A DNA stretch of 64,000 nt from Patellaria atrata CBS 101060 (taxonomy: Eukaryota), in the NCBI GenBank assembly GCA_010093705.1, contig MU006094.1, positions 1,277,550-1,341,549 on the forward strand, given 5' to 3'. Below, piece after piece: positions 61,705-64,000 of the stretch. Each line of letters starts with the position of its first letter. Position 1 is the first letter of the stretch. The notes below the pieces were generated by a model. The model had not been told where the DNA came from. It searched no databases and was given only the letters and a program-made list of their open reading frames with translations. The position numbers and the translations under genes are program-made.

Positions 61705-63432
61705 ATGGCGCAAGGCGCGTCTAATCCATCTACAGCTCAACCACTTTCTCCCCCAGAGTCGCCCCCAAATGGCTTACTGGGTGTTCCCGTGGAGTCTCTT
61801 CCGGCGTTCCCGGCCAAACCAAACATCTTGTACATCATGGCAGATCAGTTAGCAGCACCGTTCCTGAAGATGCACAATCCTAAGAGCCAGATAAAAACCC
61901 CAAATCTGGATGCCCTGGCGGAAAGGTCAGTTATCTTCGATTCCGCATATTGCAATTCGCCACTGTGCGCTCCTTCCCGGATGGCCATGATCACGGGACA
62001 GCTTCCGGCCAAGATTGGATCTTTCGACAACGCTTGCTCCATCGGCTCTGATACACCGACCTATTCGCATTATCTACGGGCCTTGGATTACCATACCGTC
62101 CTAGCAGGAAAGATGCACTTTACCGGAGATCAATTGCACGGCTACGAGGACCGATTGACTACCGACATCTATCCTGCTGACTACGGCTGGGTCGTAAGCT
62201 GGGATAGACCAGAGGAACGCCTCGAGTGGTATCACAATGCCAGCTCCATCATCCAGGCTGGACCATGCGTACGAAGCAATCAGCTGGATTTCGACGAGGA
62301 AGTCATGTACAGGTCCAAACAGTATCTCTACGACCACGTGAGACAGCCAAAGGATACGAGGCCATTCTGTTTGACCGTCTCTCTAACCCATCCCCATGAT
62401 CCGTATACCATTGAGGATAAATACTGGGATATGTACGAGGATGTCGACATCGATCTACCCCAGGTTTCCATCAAGGAGGAAGACCAGGATCCCCACAGCA
62501 AACGTCTTCTCCACGTCTGTGATCTGAAAGGACAAAAGTTCTCAGATGAACAGATCAAGAGGGCTCGACGGGCATATTACGGTGCTGTAAGTTACGTCGA
62601 TGACTGCATCGGTCAACTTCTCTCTGTTCTCAAGAAATGCGGCCTGGAAGAGAATACCATCGTCCTGTTCAGCAGCGATCACGGGGACATGCTCGGCGAA
62701 CGTGGCCTCTGGTACAAGATGTCATACTTCGAGTCGTCCGTGCGGGTCCCACTACTAGTCAGTTACCCCAAACTCTTTAAACCTCACCGTGTCACCTCTA
62801 GCGTCTCCACCATAGACATCCTGCCCACTCTTGTCGACCTTGCCGGTACATCCCTTATCCCTGGACTCCCATTAGATGGCATCTCCTTGGTTCCGCACCT
62901 CTACGGCAACAAAGGTCACGACAACGTTTTCGCGGAGTACATGGGCGAAGGTACCATCGCACCCATGATGATGATACGGCGCGGTCCTTGGAAGTTCATT
63001 ACCTGTCCAGCCGATCCCCCAATGCTCTACAATCTCGCCAATGATCCTCACGAGCTCAACAACCTTGCTCGTCCCGACATTCAGGATTCCGAAACGGCAG
63101 CAGTGCTCGATGCATTCGAAACTGAGGCCCGAAAAAAGTGGGACTTTGCCAAAATTACCGAAGATGTAATACTCTGCCAACGCAAGCGCAAGTTCGTGTG
63201 GAGCGCGTTGAACAAGGGAAGGTTCGACAGTTGGGACTTTAGTCCGAGAGAAGATGGGAAGAACAAGTATATTCGCTCCCAGACTCCGCTCGATACCTTG
63301 GAGTTCAAGGCCCGCTATCCGGTCTTTGAAGATTTGAGTCTTAAGGAGAAGAATGAGATTGTGTCTCATCCGAAGATGGTTATTGAGATGGCGCATGGCA
63401 AAGGGTACCATGGACTTATGCACTATCGTTAA
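61705..63432 (+). CDS. Choline sulfatase (BetC-like)
   Basis: PNILYIMADQ, formylglycine motif CNSPLCAPSR, GKMHF, LTTDIYPADYGW, THPHDPY, SDHGDMLGERGLWYKM and AEYMGEG in a single exon. Confidence 0.9.
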   Translation: MAQGASNPSTAQPLSPPESPPNGLLGVPVESLPAFPAKPNILYIMADQLAAPFLKMHNPKSQIKTPNLDALAERSVIFDSAYCNSPLCAPSRMAMITGQLPAKIGSFDNACSIGSDTPTYSHYLRALDYHTVLAGKMHFTGDQLHGYEDRLTTDIYPADYGWVVSWDRPEERLEWYHNASSIIQAGPCVRSNQLDFDEEVMYRSKQYLYDHVRQPKDTRPFCLTVSLTHPHDPYTIEDKYWDMYEDVDIDLPQVSIKEEDQDPHSKRLLHVCDLKGQKFSDEQIKRARRAYYGAVSYVDDCIGQLLSVLKKCGLEENTIVLFSSDHGDMLGERGLWYKMSYFESSVRVPLLVSYPKLFKPHRVTSSVSTIDILPTLVDLAGTSLIPGLPLDGISLVPHLYGNKGHDNVFAEYMGEGTIAPMMMIRRGPWKFITCPADPPMLYNLANDPHELNNLARPDIQDSETAAVLDAFETEARKKWDFAKITEDVILCQRKRKFVWSALNKGRFDSWDFSPREDGKNKYIRSQTPLDTLEFKARYPVFEDLSLKEKNEIVSHPKMVIEMAHGKGYHGLMHYR

Positions 63433-64000
63433 TGAGGAACGTGCTTGTTGCACAATTCTCTCTCTTTCTCTCTCCGTCACACCTAATTCTTTCGGTGTTT
63501 ATGAGTTAAGGGATTAAGCGGGCGTCCTCCCTTTTTAGCAAATTCCCCATCATTTCACCCGTTCTGCATTGAAGACTTAGCGTTGCATGTCTGGACCTTT
63601 TTCAAATCGGGGTTTTTCCATCTTGCCGGGCGTCAAGTTGCGTTTCATGTCTAGTCTTCTAGCAATTTGCTTCAAATGATGCTTGTTTTCAACTAGCGAG
63701 TCCCTTTTTTTCAAATTGTTCACTCTGAGCGAGTTTTCAATAATGCAGGAGGCGGGCTCGTGTTTTTCAAGTTTCGGGTTATGATTGCCTTCTTTTTGCT
63801 CTCAACTAGCGAATCCCCCCTTTTCCCTCTATCATTTTATCATCAAGCAGTGTGGTGTGAGGGCGGAATATAATTTAAAGTAGCATAGATAGTGAATCAA
63901 AAGCCTTGCTCTCTACCAAGACTTATTCCTCGAAGAAGTGAACGTCTGGGTTTTATTATAGTCAAGGGGACTACTCCAACAACTTATCGGTTGTATCCCA

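Noticed and set aside
61705..63432. Intronless BetC-like sulfatase as a recent bacterial transfer or cluster member
   Set aside because: Choline sulfatases are widespread in filamentous ascomycetes, its composition is unremarkable, and nothing links it to the PKS.

Overview
Genomic DNA of a filamentous ascomycete (Pezizomycotina), judged from short GT-AG introns with CTRAC branch sites, HET genes and RIP-like C-to-T decay. It contains one 100-N assembly gap. (1) 1-4.3 kb is a decayed accessory segment: a casein kinase I pseudogene, two convergent truncated genes and a degenerate repeat-bearing ORF. (2) 5-30 kb is mostly conserved genes: an Egh16/GAS1-like secreted protein, TRM44, GNA1, a disrupted HET gene, a small membrane protein, an MRS2/LPE10 Mg2+ channel, an uncharacterised protein with an MCB-type promoter, and a DNF1/2 flippase. 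(3) 31.0-47.2 kb is a compact, apparently intact five-gene biosynthetic cluster: an asparagine-synthetase-like amidotransferase, an anchorless P450 head-to-head with a cytochrome b5, and a highly reducing PKS (eroded C-MT, atypical ER) head-to-head with an FSH1/LovG-type hydrolase. The inferred product is an unmethylated, probably polyunsaturated, oxygenated polyketide primary amide. (4) A Tc1/mariner remnant, an intact HET gene and the gap separate this core from a secreted lactonase, a Rid-family gene and a Zn2Cys6 regulator that may belong to it. A DUF1769 gene and choline sulfatase close the window. All family calls come from motif recognition by eye; no database searches were run.
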